Below, in pieces: positions 1 through 10,046 of a stretch of DNA of 64,000 nt. The stretch is taken from NCBI GenBank assembly GCA_903894565.1, contig CAITQP010000006.1, positions 32,033-96,032 of the forward strand, written 5' to 3'. Each line of letters begins with the position of its first letter. Within the stretch, counting starts at the first letter, position 1. A program made the translations under genes and the position numbers. The notes beneath the pieces were generated by a model. The model did not search any database. It was not told the DNA's origin and was given only the letters and a program-made list of their open reading frames with translations. This DNA comes from an uncultured bacterium (GTDB taxonomy: Bacteria > Patescibacteriota > Minisyncoccia > Phycocordibacterales > UBA9973).

Positions 1-672
1 AATATGGTGTTCGATTTTTTCAATTCCGTTGATGAGCGATTTAGTCCATACAAAACAGGTAGTGAACTCTCGCGATTTAATCGTGGCGAAATCACCGAGA
101 ATAACGTGAGTACAGATTTGAAAACTATTTTTGCGCTCGCAGAAAAAACAAAACAAGATACGAATGGATATTTCGACATCATGCACAATGGTGTTTGTGA
201 TCCATCTGGCATTGTAAAAGGATGGGCGATTCGCGAAGGGGCAAATATCCTTCGCAAAAATGGATTCAAGAATTTCTATGTCGAGATTGCTGGTGATATT
301 GAAGTTTCAGGTCGCAATGGAGACGGTCATGCGTGGACCATCGGTATCCGCAATCCATTTAACCGCGACGAGATCGTAAAAGTAGTACACTTGAGTAATA
401 CCGGTATCGCGACGTCAGGCACGGCGGTTCGCGGAGACCATATTTATAATCCAAAAGGCGATGCGCGCCCGAATGAGATCGCAAGTATTACCGTGATCGG
501 TCCAAACGTGTATGAAGCAGATCGATTCGCGACCCCGGCGTTTGCCATGGGAAGCGAGGGAATTCAATTTCTCGAAGGACTTCCGAACATCGAAGGATAT
601 ATGATTGATACGAAGGGGATTGCGACAATGACGAGTGGATTTACTAAGTATACCCGTGCGCTCACATTCTAA
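1..672 (+). CDS. apbE: ApbE-family FAD:protein FMN transferase, C-terminal part (5' end lies outside the window)
   Basis: The reading frame is open to the window start. Motifs DPSGIVKGWA and GDHIYNPKG match the conserved ApbE/Ftp flavin-transferase signatures. Confidence 0.75.
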   Translation, partial: NMVFDFFNSVDERFSPYKTGSELSRFNRGEITENNVSTDLKTIFALAEKTKQDTNGYFDIMHNGVCDPSGIVKGWAIREGANILRKNGFKNFYVEIAGDIEVSGRNGDGHAWTIGIRNPFNRDEIVKVVHLSNTGIATSGTAVRGDHIYNPKGDARPNEIASITVIGPNVYEADRFATPAFAMGSEGIQFLEGLPNIEGYMIDTKGIATMTSGFTKYTRALTF

Positions 673-715
673 ATTTATGTTAAACAAAATTGATACTATT
701 TTAAACAAGATAACC

Positions 716-2200
716 ATGTACAAGGTCGTGCTCTACTACCTCGCGGGGTTGTGGGTGATTGCACTCGCACTCAGCTTTTTTGGTGTACTTCCATACACAC
801 CACTTGCGCTCGGTATCACATTTGCGATCTTACTTGCTGTCGCATGGGCAACGAACGCACTCTTTGCGTATATATTTGAAGTACCAGCGAACGTCGAATC
901 AATTTATATTACGACGTTTATTCTCGCGCTCATCATCACTCCAGGGCAATCTCCATCAGAATATATTTTCATTGGATGGGCGGCGGTCCTCGCCATGGCG
1001 TCAAAATACATTTTTGCGCTCAAACACAAACACATTTTCAATCCTGCTGCGCTTGCGGTTGCTATCACAGCGCTCGCCATCAATGGCTCGGCGAGTTGGT
1101 GGGTGGGCACACTCGTAATGATGCCATTCGTGCTCGTCGGGGGAGTGCTCGTTGTTCGCAAGATTGTGCGTGCCGATCTCACAATCGCATTTTTCCTCGC
1201 AGCACTTGTTACGACACTCGCGTTCACCTTTTTCTCAGGTGGAGATATGATGAGCACTTTGGTCCGCACGCTCACAAGTTCACCAATTTTATTTTTCACA
1301 TTCATCATGATCACGGAGCCACTCACGACTCCACCATCACGATCACTTCGTATTCTCTACGGAGCATTTGTCGGATTTTTGTTTGCCCCGCAGATTCATA
1401 TCGGTGGAGTATATCTCACTCCTGAACTCGCGCTCCTCATCGGAAACGTCTTTTCATATATTGTGAGTCCAAAGAGTCGTCTCACCCTTAAACTCAAAAA
1501 AGCGATTCAAGTCACAGCTGATACAGGTGAATTTGTGTTTCAGCCCGATAGTCGGATGCAGTTTCGCCCTGGGCAATATTTGGAATGGACACTTGGACAC
1601 GAGAGTCCTGATAGTCGAGGGAACAGACGCTACTTCACGATTGCCTCGTCACCGACAGAGGATGAACTTCGCCTCGGTGTGAAATTCTATCCGAATGCGA
1701 GTAGCTTCAAAACCAATCTTGCCAACATGCGCATCGGTGACACGATCATTGCGTCACAGCTCGCAGGGGACTTCGTCATGCCAAGCAATCCGAAAAAGAA
1801 ATTGGTATTCATCGCAGGTGGTATCGGAGTTACACCCTTTCGCTCGATGGTGAAATATCTCGTCGACACAAACGAACACCGCGATATCGCGATGGTCTAT
1901 GCAAACAAGACAGTGAGTGATATTGCGTACAAAGATTTTTTTGATCAAGCATCGGTCTCTCCGCTTGGACTGAAGATGGTTTACACGCTCAGCGACACCA
2001 AAGATCTACCTGCGACATGGAAAGGCTACACGGGCTATGTTACCGCTCCACTTATTCAAAAAGAAATTCCCGACTACGAAGATCGACTCTTCTATATCTC
2101 AGGTCCTCACAGTATGGTCTCGATGACCGAAGCCATGCTCAAACAGCTCGGCGTGCCAAGTAGCCACATTCGCACAGACTTTTTCCCCGGATTCGCTTAA
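716..2200 (+). CDS. Membrane-bound FAD/NAD(P)-binding oxidoreductase: polytopic N-terminal membrane domain plus ferredoxin-NADP-reductase-like C-terminal domain
   Basis: About 8 hydrophobic helices are followed by RYFTIASSP (RxYS FAD motif) and GGIGVTPF (NAD(P) motif). The start is taken at ATG 716; alternative starts at 677/635 would overlap the apbE stop. Confidence 0.6.
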   Translation: MYKVVLYYLAGLWVIALALSFFGVLPYTPLALGITFAILLAVAWATNALFAYIFEVPANVESIYITTFILALIITPGQSPSEYIFIGWAAVLAMASKYIFALKHKHIFNPAALAVAITALAINGSASWWVGTLVMMPFVLVGGVLVVRKIVRADLTIAFFLAALVTTLAFTFFSGGDMMSTLVRTLTSSPILFFTFIMITEPLTTPPSRSLRILYGAFVGFLFAPQIHIGGVYLTPELALLIGNVFSYIVSPKSRLTLKLKKAIQVTADTGEFVFQPDSRMQFRPGQYLEWTLGHESPDSRGNRRYFTIASSPTEDELRLGVKFYPNASSFKTNLANMRIGDTIIASQLAGDFVMPSNPKKKLVFIAGGIGVTPFRSMVKYLVDTNEHRDIAMVYANKTVSDIAYKDFFDQASVSPLGLKMVYTLSDTKDLPATWKGYTGYVTAPLIQKEIPDYEDRLFYISGPHSMVSMTEAMLKQLGVPSSHIRTDFFPGFA

Positions 2201-2202
2201 TC

Positions 2203-2994
2203 TTACTTTGTCGTTGCTTCTTTCCATGCGAGCTCGAAAATCATACGCATCATGTTGTGAATCGTTTCGTCTTCGATGATGACTCCGATTGGTGCGTGTT
2301 CGTCGAACTTCGCAAAGAACACTTTGTTTTTGCCGTAGACGATAATCTCACCAGGGAAGGGGAAGACTGCGTGTGAGACATAGCGCGCATTTGCGACGAG
2401 GCTCTTTTTCAGTCCTGAATGAGTTGTGTCGGTAAATTGTTTGGCGGTTGGTGTATCAGGGATGATACCGCGTGCGCGAATACCATTTTTTTCTTTGAGT
2501 TTAATAAATTCGTTCAGAACTTTCGGGGTCATGAATGCAAGCAACGCATCAGTGTTTGCAAACGCGAGAAGCTCATAATTTTTCTCGAGCGTTTGAGTCA
2601 TGTATGCAGAGATGACCTGTTCTTTTCCTTCATAGAAAGTGACGCGAGGTTTGTTGTTGTTTGATTGAAATAGCCCCTCAAGTTCTGGTACAAGTTCGGA
2701 AGCTTTTTTGTATGCATCTTCGGCGAAACTAATTTTCGATTTCATCGATCGGAGGAACTTTGCCGGTGATTCTGGAAAGTAAAAAAGTTTCTTCTTTTTC
2801 TCGACCTCGCCGACGAGTCCACGCACAGAAAGAATCCCGAGTGTCTTGTACACCGTACTGCGGTTGATTTTGGTCGCATCGGCGATCTCTGAAGGGAATG
2901 ACCCGCCAGTCTCGACAAGATACCCATATATCTGAGCCTCCTTTTCTTCGAGTCCCGTTCGCTTGAGCTTGTCTACAATGAATTCGTTTGTCAT
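2203..2994 (-). CDS. TrmB-family transcriptional regulator (winged-helix N-terminus)
   Basis: N-terminal wHTH (EAQIYGYLVETGGSFPSEIADATKINRSTVYKTLGIL) and a C-terminal TrmB-like sensor domain; paralogous to 52234..53010. Confidence 0.65.
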   Translation of the reverse strand: MTNEFIVDKLKRTGLEEKEAQIYGYLVETGGSFPSEIADATKINRSTVYKTLGILSVRGLVGEVEKKKKLFYFPESPAKFLRSMKSKISFAEDAYKKASELVPELEGLFQSNNNKPRVTFYEGKEQVISAYMTQTLEKNYELLAFANTDALLAFMTPKVLNEFIKLKEKNGIRARGIIPDTPTAKQFTDTTHSGLKKSLVANARYVSHAVFPFPGEIIVYGKNKVFFAKFDEHAPIGVIIEDETIHNMMRMIFELAWKEATTK

Positions 2995-3156
2995 ATAGTG
3001 TTATTTTTTCGTAACAAAAATCTTTTAGTATTGATTATACCTATATTATATAAGGATTTTTTACTAAATCAATGATATTATATTATGACATACTATACAT
3101 TTATATGCAATACTTGCACTGATAAAAGTTATTTAAAATTCAAAAAAACAAAAAGC

Positions 3157-3561
3157 ATGGATACTATTTTGTCAAAAAAGATTCCGCTCCTTGTCGATGC
3201 GGTTCATCGTAAACTGTTAGAAGATAAAGCACTCGTCAGTTCGTATATTGATGATGACGATTCTTCAAAAATGCGCATTAAAGTTGCATGCGGTGAGAAC
3301 TTTCCCCTGGATTTAAAAATGGTATGGTTGTCTTCACTTCTGAGTGAATACAGGATAACGCTTTACGTAGCGAGTGCTCATGGTAACGGAAGCAGTGTAA
3401 CACTCATCGCAACAGAAAAAAATATTCAAGTAAAAATTATTGGGCCCGAAGACAAAACTGAAAAAAAGACAGTCCCGCTAAGTAGTGAGGATGAAGTACT
3501 TGACGCCATTCAGATTTACGAACTATGGGTTCGTGAATTATTAGAGAGGGAGCTTTGGTAG
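3157..3561 (+). CDS. Hypothetical protein
   Basis: ORF with an internal ATG at 3157; faint resemblance to HATPase-like anti-sigma regulators; no firm assignment. Confidence 0.35.
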   Translation: MDTILSKKIPLLVDAVHRKLLEDKALVSSYIDDDDSSKMRIKVACGENFPLDLKMVWLSSLLSEYRITLYVASAHGNGSSVTLIATEKNIQVKIIGPEDKTEKKTVPLSSEDEVLDAIQIYELWVRELLERELW

Positions 3562-3651
3562 TTCGTATTTAAAAATGGAAACACTTGTCATGACGGCAGG
3601 TGTTTTTTGTAGCCTGGAGCAGAATTTTCGTGAGTGTGATAGATTGTCCTC

Positions 3652-4134
3652 ATGCAAAAGAAGCAATCTGATTCTGTGCTTATCCTTCCCGATATTCGAA
3701 GTACCTACAATGTGGGTGCGATTTTTCGCACGGCTGACGCTGTCGGTATTGCAAAAATATATCTCGTTGGTATCACACCTGCTCCACTTGATCGCTTTGG
3801 CAAAGTTCGCAGTGATATAGCGAAGTCGGCACTTGGAGCAGAGATGACTGTGCCATGGGAACAATGTGCTCGCATCATTCCGCTCATTACCCGACTTAAA
3901 AAGGCAGGGTATACTATTATTGCTATTGAACAATCGGAGCGCTCGGTTGATTACAAAAAGGTCCGCGTGAGCGGACCGACTGCATTCATTCTTGGGAATG
4001 AGGTGACGGGAATTTCTCAATCAGTGCTTTCGAAGTGTGACATCATTGCTGAAATTCCGATGCATGGCTCCAAAGAGTCGCTGAATGTATCAGTTGCGAC
4101 GGGTATTGCACTCTTTCGAATGCTCGGGCGATAG
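3652..4134 (+). CDS. SpoU/TrmH-family RNA 2'-O-methyltransferase (SPOUT class)
   Basis: IILPDIRSTYNVGAIFRTADAVG, AFILGNEVTGIS and LNVSVATGIALF are classic SpoU motifs. Confidence 0.8.
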   Translation: MQKKQSDSVLILPDIRSTYNVGAIFRTADAVGIAKIYLVGITPAPLDRFGKVRSDIAKSALGAEMTVPWEQCARIIPLITRLKKAGYTIIAIEQSERSVDYKKVRVSGPTAFILGNEVTGISQSVLSKCDIIAEIPMHGSKESLNVSVATGIALFRMLGR

Positions 4135-4320
4135 CTACTGGCCGGGACCATACGTCTTGCCGGTGCCTCCGATTGCAGTAGGATCAAGGAATGCTCCTGT
4201 CTGAGTTTGTGCTCGGTCAGGTCCGCCAGTGAAATACCACAGAACCCACAGTCCTGCGACAATCACAATAAACCACACGAGCACATCTCCACGATCCTTT
4301 TGAAAATAGTTTTTTGCCAT
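4135..4320 (-). CDS. Small membrane protein (hypothetical)
   Basis: Internal ATG (MAKNYFQKD...) followed by one strongly hydrophobic helix. Confidence 0.3.
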   Translation of the reverse strand: MAKNYFQKDRGDVLVWFIVIVAGLWVLWYFTGGPDRAQTQTGAFLDPTAIGGTGKTYGPGQ

Positions 4321-4322
4321 AG

Positions 4323-5258
4323 TTATTTCCACAATTGCTGATGAAGCGGACAGAAATGGGTACTTCTGCCGCCGACGACTATCCGAAGTATAGCACCTTT
4401 GCATCCAGATTTTTTGCACGGCGTGCCTTTGAGTCGATACGCATTATGTTCATGACTGAAATTGCCGCGGGTTCCATCAATTTGTCGGTAATCACTCGTC
4501 GAGTCGCCACCGAAATCAATTCCTTTTTCAAGGACTGTTCGTACTGCGCGGAAGAGGTTCTCGAGCATATCGAGCGGGATTTTACTTGTGATCGAGAGGG
4601 GATGAATACTTGCGAGCCATAATGCTTCATCTGAATATATATTACCAATACCGGCGACAACGTTTTGGTCCATCAACACAGATTTAATTTTTCCTTTTGG
4701 TTTGGTTGCGAGACGCGCAATGAATTCTTTTGCGGTGAAGTGTGTATCGAGTGGTTCTGGCCCAATACCATCGAGGTGCTTTGTCTTGTGAGCGACTTCA
4801 GTCGAGAGGAGAGTCACCTTGGCAAATTTGCGTACATCGGACAGGACGAGTTGTTTACTATTGGTGAAGGTAATTACGAGATGTAGGTGGCGGTTGAACG
4901 GATCACGCAAGGCATCATTTTTTTCGTCAGGACTCGGTGCCCATTCATTCGTTTTTGTGTCGAGCATGTAGTCCCCGTACATGAGATGTCCGGTCATTTT
5001 CATATGAATGAGGATTGTGTTTCCGTTGTTCAAATTGATTAGAATATTTTTGGCACGACGTTCAGCTGAAACGACAATCGCTCCATGAATTGTTTTTTGA
5101 AAATGCTCAAAAAATGGCGCGTATTTTATCGTGTCGTGATAGTCGGCACGCGCTACGCGCGCGCGAGGAAGATCGCTCCATACATCACGAATGGTGAGCC
5201 CGCGGACTGTTTTGTTGAGACCATTGACCGTTGTTTGGACTTCAGGAAGTTCGGGCAT
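4323..5258 (-). CDS. mutM: Formamidopyrimidine-DNA glycosylase (Fpg/MutM)
   Basis: N-terminus MPELPEVQTTV (catalytic Pro2/Glu3) and a C-terminal zinc finger CKKSGC...HFCPLHQ; start set at the internal Met that gives the canonical N-terminus. Confidence 0.85.
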   Translation of the reverse strand: MPELPEVQTTVNGLNKTVRGLTIRDVWSDLPRARVARADYHDTIKYAPFFEHFQKTIHGAIVVSAERRAKNILINLNNGNTILIHMKMTGHLMYGDYMLDTKTNEWAPSPDEKNDALRDPFNRHLHLVITFTNSKQLVLSDVRKFAKVTLLSTEVAHKTKHLDGIGPEPLDTHFTAKEFIARLATKPKGKIKSVLMDQNVVAGIGNIYSDEALWLASIHPLSITSKIPLDMLENLFRAVRTVLEKGIDFGGDSTSDYRQIDGTRGNFSHEHNAYRLKGTPCKKSGCKGAILRIVVGGRSTHFCPLHQQLWK

Positions 5259-5339
5259 GCGGGTAGTATAGCATTCTAAAAAGGTGACGATTTCATCCCC
5301 GCAGCTTGCTCGCTTCAAGAGTGGGGGAAGTGGTATGAT

Positions 5340-7874
5340 ATGCGGATGGAGAAACAACCTGATGCGAAAAAACCTCGTATTTTTGCTCGAGACCGAAAAC
5401 CGGCTCCATCCCCACACAATTTTCTCGAAGAAACGTTGACCAGTGAACGGAACTTACAGCAAGAAGCTGGAGTGAGTTTTGACGAGTCCCGACAGGAAAT
5501 TGAACCGCTTGATCAAACAGAAATTCAGTCAGAATTGAAACAATTGACCGGCCAATACGAGCGAACCAAAAAAATATTGAATTTGACGACTGAGCCATAC
5601 GCACGTGCGAATCTCATGCACGAACTGCTCACTCTTCGAGAGGCAGCACATGCTCTCAGTGATAAACCTGAAGACCTTGCAGAGTTTGGTCCAACGAAAG
5701 CTGAACGCAAAGAAGCTCGAGTGGCACTTGAGCGTTTGCGCATGGAAATGCTAGGTCATCTTTTGCAATTGACCGGTAGTATGAAAGGAGGACCTGAGGT
5801 TATTGAAGACTATGTTCGTCGAGCGGAAGAAATTCATCGCGAAGCAGGTCTCGGTGAAGAGGATTATCATCTCCTGAAGCCATTTCACGACGCACGAGCT
5901 GAACAGAAAAAAGAAACGCTCCCATCCGCTGGGGCTATCCTTGAGCATTCTTTTGCCAAAGAAATTCCGATGGCACCCGAGGATCTCCTTGGAAGCGCTG
6001 TTGTTCAGGAACGACAAATCGAGCAACCGAAAAAAGAACGCATGGAAAGTAGCGCGCTCTCACGCTGGGCCGGCAAGTTTTTCCTTGGCCGTGAACCTGA
6101 AGTTACGGAGCGCGTAGCGCGAGAGAAAAAAGAAGAGCAGAGGTCACTTCGTGAAAATCTCCCAGCTGTAAAAGAAAAGAAACAGTATGAAGCAAGTAGT
6201 GCGCTCTCACGCTGGGCCGGCAAGTTTTTCCTTGGCCGAGAACCTGAGGTTACTGAACGCGCGGCGCAAGAACGAAAGGCTGAACGCGAAATGGAGCGAG
6301 AGGCAAAGCATATGGAAAGTAGCACACTCTCACGCTGGGCAAGCAAATTTTTTCTTGGACGAGAACCTGAAGTTACGGAGCGTGTAGCACGAGAAGAAAA
6401 GAAAGAGAGAGAACAATCGGCCGCGCAAACAAAGGCACCACAAAAACAAGGAAGTGCCTTGGGTCGCTTTTTCCGCAAAACAGCTTTGGCTGGATTGCTT
6501 GGTTTTGCGTCCCTCCCAAGTAGTAACCAGAATCCAAATGAGGCTTTAGAAAAAATGAATCTTCCGAAGCAAGAAGTTGCGACAACGTATGTTATGCCGG
6601 CTCAAGAAAAACAAAAAGAAACGAAATCATCAGTGACGTATGTTCCGAAGAGAAATACATCCTCAGTTGAAAAGCTCGCACCGACCCCACGCATCGCCGA
6701 AGAAAGTCCAAAACAACAGGCCGCTCCAGTGAAACTTTTTGATTCTTTGGAAAAAGGCTATACCGTACGAACTCCAGACAAGAATCAGGATGCTCTGATG
6801 TTTTCAAAATTTCAAGAGTCGATGCAGGGCGTTCACTATTTTGAAGCAAATACATATTCAAAAGCACTTCAGACTATTATTCAGGAATACCACTTGAATG
6901 ATATTGCTCCCGAGTGGTTTATGAAACTAGAGCTTGAAGTTCCTCGCGGAACGAATGAAAAGAATTGGGATAATCCTCAAGAATTTTTTGAGACAGTTGA
7001 TTTCCCTGGTGGCGGAAGTACTGTCGGCTTACAAAATTATATGCAACTCTCTACCACTATGCTCAATTGGATGGCAAAGAGCCAAGAGAATTTTAATTGG
7101 GGAGTGGCATCACTCACGCATGAATATATCCATGCGTGGCAGAAGGCATCCGCTGGCATTGAGAGTCATAATGTACGAGAGGCGCAGGCACACTTTTTTA
7201 CGAGTCACCCAAATGCTTTTGCTAAGTTTCGTAACGAAAATTATGCTCCCCTTGGCAAAGATGGTAAGCCGAGCGCAACAGAAAAATATTCCGATGTTTC
7301 CGCTACTTTCCCTGAAGTCGACAACACACATAAGTTGATTGAAGCTTTGGAATTTGAGTCATACTACAAACAGTGCACAGAGGCTGAACGTGAGTCTCCG
7401 ATGATGAAGAAAATGCATCTTGTTTCATTACAAGAAACGCAGACACTTTTTGATAACGTTGATGACTCACACAAGTTTTGGTACGCGAGTGTGTTTGAGC
7501 AAGATTACAATACGGCCTCAGTTGAACGAAAAGGGGAGCTTCAAGCGGTACACGAAAAGGTTATGGGGTATGTTGGTGAGCTTGCCGGCATCACTGATCC
7601 GAATGAGTTCGGTGCTGTATCGCAGTACTTCTCTTTGTATCCAGAGACTTTTCCTGATTGGCTACAACAAAATGCCCAAGGCAAGACAGCTCCATCAATC
7701 ACGCTTACGAAGCGCAATTTTAGCGAGACACAGCGACAGCAAATCAGTGCAAACTTTGAGAAGTATTATGCTTCAGCAACTCCAGAAGCCAAGAACAAGT
7801 TGAATTCGATGCGCGAGAAACTTGTTCAGGCCCAAAATACGCTCGATGCCCGTGATATGATCGTGAGCCGATAG
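5340..7874 (+). CDS. Large hypothetical protein with three tandem 41–49-aa repeats and an HExxH motif
   Basis: Repeat SALSRWAGKFFLGREPEVTERVAREKKEE occurs three times (DNA about 6043–6400). C-terminal region contains THEYIHAWQ (HExxH). No signal peptide. Confidence 0.5.
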   Translation: MRMEKQPDAKKPRIFARDRKPAPSPHNFLEETLTSERNLQQEAGVSFDESRQEIEPLDQTEIQSELKQLTGQYERTKKILNLTTEPYARANLMHELLTLREAAHALSDKPEDLAEFGPTKAERKEARVALERLRMEMLGHLLQLTGSMKGGPEVIEDYVRRAEEIHREAGLGEEDYHLLKPFHDARAEQKKETLPSAGAILEHSFAKEIPMAPEDLLGSAVVQERQIEQPKKERMESSALSRWAGKFFLGREPEVTERVAREKKEEQRSLRENLPAVKEKKQYEASSALSRWAGKFFLGREPEVTERAAQERKAEREMEREAKHMESSTLSRWASKFFLGREPEVTERVAREEKKEREQSAAQTKAPQKQGSALGRFFRKTALAGLLGFASLPSSNQNPNEALEKMNLPKQEVATTYVMPAQEKQKETKSSVTYVPKRNTSSVEKLAPTPRIAEESPKQQAAPVKLFDSLEKGYTVRTPDKNQDALMFSKFQESMQGVHYFEANTYSKALQTIIQEYHLNDIAPEWFMKLELEVPRGTNEKNWDNPQEFFETVDFPGGGSTVGLQNYMQLSTTMLNWMAKSQENFNWGVASLTHEYIHAWQKASAGIESHNVREAQAHFFTSHPNAFAKFRNENYAPLGKDGKPSATEKYSDVSATFPEVDNTHKLIEALEFESYYKQCTEAERESPMMKKMHLVSLQETQTLFDNVDDSHKFWYASVFEQDYNTASVERKGELQAVHEKVMGYVGELAGITDPNEFGAVSQYFSLYPETFPDWLQQNAQGKTAPSITLTKRNFSETQRQQISANFEKYYASATPEAKNKLNSMREKLVQAQNTLDARDMIVSR

Positions 7875-7954
7875 GAGAAACGACCGAGGGAAAGGCCTTG
7901 ACTTTTTAGATCATATGTGCTAATATAGGACCAAATGTCTTTTGACATGCGTCT

Positions 7955-8008
7955 TTGGAAGGTGACTTAAAAAGGTCATATTTTAGGCCTTTTTGAGCCA
8001 CCTTCCAA
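7955..8008. terminator. Hairpin downstream of the 844-aa gene (10-bp inverted repeat TTGGAAGGTG / CACCTTCCAA with a nested AAAAAGG/CCTTTTT stem)
   Basis: Seen directly in the sequence; the large loop makes it an atypical terminator. Confidence 0.3.
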
Positions 8009-8041
8009 GATAAAAACCAAAGAGGAAGTGTGTTTTAGTTT

Positions 8042-8494
8042 ATGAAACGTTTCATGTTATTGCTCATAATGAGCACGATTACGTTATGCTTTGACGCAAA
8101 AGCAACAACAGTTACAGCAACTCCAAGCGCTGCTGAAATACTGTACCGTAGCGATACGGCACACTCCAAGGAGGTGTTCTACGCATTTCTGGCCAGAACA
8201 ATAATGGCCTTATCTGTGAACGAGGAGGAAACGGCTCAGAAGGAGCTCGAGGATGAGTTACTTTTGACAAGAATATTGCACTTGATGAACGAAGAGGAGG
8301 TTACGTACACCTGTGAGGCTCTTGATTTGTATGGCCACAAAAAGGGTGGCGAACTAAGCAACTCCAGGCGCATGAAAGTCCTTGAAGTACTACAGCGTAG
8401 GAAGGAGGAATTAGTTGAACAGGCGAAGGGCAAAGAGAAGCACAGGCTTTCCGACAAGTTCGGAATCAAAATCGGCCGAAACAAATGGCGTTAA
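8042..8494 (+). CDS. Small secreted hypothetical protein
   Basis: N-terminal signal-peptide-like segment MKRFMLLLIMSTITLCFDAKA. Confidence 0.4.
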   Translation: MKRFMLLLIMSTITLCFDAKATTVTATPSAAEILYRSDTAHSKEVFYAFLARTIMALSVNEEETAQKELEDELLLTRILHLMNEEEVTYTCEALDLYGHKKGGELSNSRRMKVLEVLQRRKEELVEQAKGKEKHRLSDKFGIKIGRNKWR

Positions 8495-8601
8495 AAAAGG
8501 GCTCCACATCGAGGTAACAAAGTTGCCTCATATATATGATGTGGGGCCTTTGTTATTTCTACCGCTTGACTTACTGCTTGAATGATTTATATACTTATGG
8601 C

Positions 8602-9303
8602 ATGAAAAATACATTTGAGGGAGGTAACAACGCTCCTCAGGCGGGTGAGGGGAAAGGAGGGTCTCCAGAAAAAAAACTCGCAAGCAACAACTATCTTAAG
8701 AGTCTTTTGACGGCAGGTACGATGCTTTTGACAATGACGGGAGTTCTTTCAAGCAAGGCAAACGCACAAACTGGCAAAACGAGCGCAAAGGATTCAATTG
8801 AAAATGTCTATCAAAATAAGCTCGATAGTTACAACGATAGTTTGACGCTCTACAATTTTTATAAAACCCAGTTAAAATATTTGGGAAAGGAAGGAGAAGC
8901 AGAACCTTTTGACGAGAATGCTTACAACCAAGATGAGCTTGCGTACAATCATCACCTTCTTGATTTGGCAGCCAAACACCGAACAGCGGTGGAAGACTCT
9001 CTTAAAAAAGAGTACGACGCAAAGAGAATTAACCAAGATCAATACCTGGCATATCTCGATCTCGCAAAGCGACTGACAGGAGACGAACGACTTCGCAGTC
9101 AGGCAGTAAAGGCAGTAGTGAAAGATCCAAAGCATTTTTCAAGAATTGCGGGAGGCAACCTACTGAATACTCAAATGATGCCAACAGAACAATTTACTGA
9201 TGCTGAGGGGCATAAGCACCCTGACTACCGAAACTACGAACCAAAGGTAAAACCAGAAGAGCCTAAAAAGGAATATATTGAAGTGAAGGACGAGCAACAG
9301 TAA
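8602..9303 (+). CDS. Hypothetical membrane-anchored / secreted protein
   Basis: Internal ATG 8602; single hydrophobic segment LLTAGTMLLTMTGVL followed by a hydrophilic domain. Confidence 0.4.
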   Translation: MKNTFEGGNNAPQAGEGKGGSPEKKLASNNYLKSLLTAGTMLLTMTGVLSSKANAQTGKTSAKDSIENVYQNKLDSYNDSLTLYNFYKTQLKYLGKEGEAEPFDENAYNQDELAYNHHLLDLAAKHRTAVEDSLKKEYDAKRINQDQYLAYLDLAKRLTGDERLRSQAVKAVVKDPKHFSRIAGGNLLNTQMMPTEQFTDAEGHKHPDYRNYEPKVKPEEPKKEYIEVKDEQQ

Positions 9304-9305
9304 GC

Positions 9306-9884
9306 CTATTTCTTCCCAAGCAGTTTCAGGGCTTCTTTGATTCGAGCGTTTGTTCCAACAATATCGTTTGGAATTTCTTTGACGACTTCGCGAGCTTCAT
9401 TTTGAGAATATCCGAGTGCCTTGAGGGCTTCGATGATATCGCTCTCGGCACGGAGGACACCAGGCGTTTCGCTCATGTTGCTATGAGCACGGAGTTTGTC
9501 GCGCAGTTCAAGCACAACTTTTTCTGCTGTTTTGCGACCAATGCCGGAGACTTTGGTGAGGTAGCTCGTATCGCCGGTGGCGATTGCTTTTTTGAGTGTT
9601 TCGGTTGATGTTGCACTCAAAATACCAAGTGCTGATTTGGGCCCGATACCACTGACTGAAATGAGGAGTTCAAAAAAATCTTTTTCGTCGCTTGTGTCGA
9701 ATCCGTAGAGATCGAGGGCGTCTTCGCGCACGGCGAGGTACGTATGCAGACTTGCGCGCGTATCGAGATCGAGCCGTGCGAGTGTGTCGCTTGAGCACGA
9801 GACTTTGTACCCAACACCATTCACGTCGAGGACGACGTACTTTTCTGCTTTGTCTATAATGGTGCCGGAGAGGTGAGCTATCAT
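9306..9884 (-). CDS. ruvA: Holliday junction DNA helicase subunit RuvA
   Basis: MIAHLSGTI...VLDVNGVGY N-terminus and tandem helix-hairpin-helix motifs VSGIGPKSA / VSGIGRKTA. Confidence 0.85.
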   Translation of the reverse strand: MIAHLSGTIIDKAEKYVVLDVNGVGYKVSCSSDTLARLDLDTRASLHTYLAVREDALDLYGFDTSDEKDFFELLISVSGIGPKSALGILSATSTETLKKAIATGDTSYLTKVSGIGRKTAEKVVLELRDKLRAHSNMSETPGVLRAESDIIEALKALGYSQNEAREVVKEIPNDIVGTNARIKEALKLLGKK

Positions 9885-10046
9885 AATCCATAGTATATAG
9901 GAAAGAGCCGAGCGCTGGTAGGGAAGCACGGGATTGCAAAAAAATGCTTTTCTGGTATAGTTTGCGGGTATTGCTTCTTAGCTGTGTCTCGGCGGAAGCG
10001 AGAAATCTTTGTATTCTATACACTATTAATCTATTAAGAACATACT

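Noticed and set aside
759-1425. Overlapping ORFs 759–1118 (+), 904–1326 (−) and 976–1425 (+)
   Set aside because: They lie entirely inside the well-supported 716–2200 membrane oxidoreductase gene in other frames; typical GC-skewed artefact ORFs.
6043-6400. Possible CRISPR array, because of the evenly spaced repeats
   Set aside because: The repeats are imperfect, about 85 bp, in frame and translated as protein repeats within a long ORF. There are no unique spacers of constant size and no cas genes nearby.
6005-6478. 157-aa Ser/Arg-rich ORF on the minus strand
   Set aside because: It is the reverse-strand reading of the tandem coding repeats inside the 844-aa gene. It is repetitive low-complexity sequence with no independent signals.
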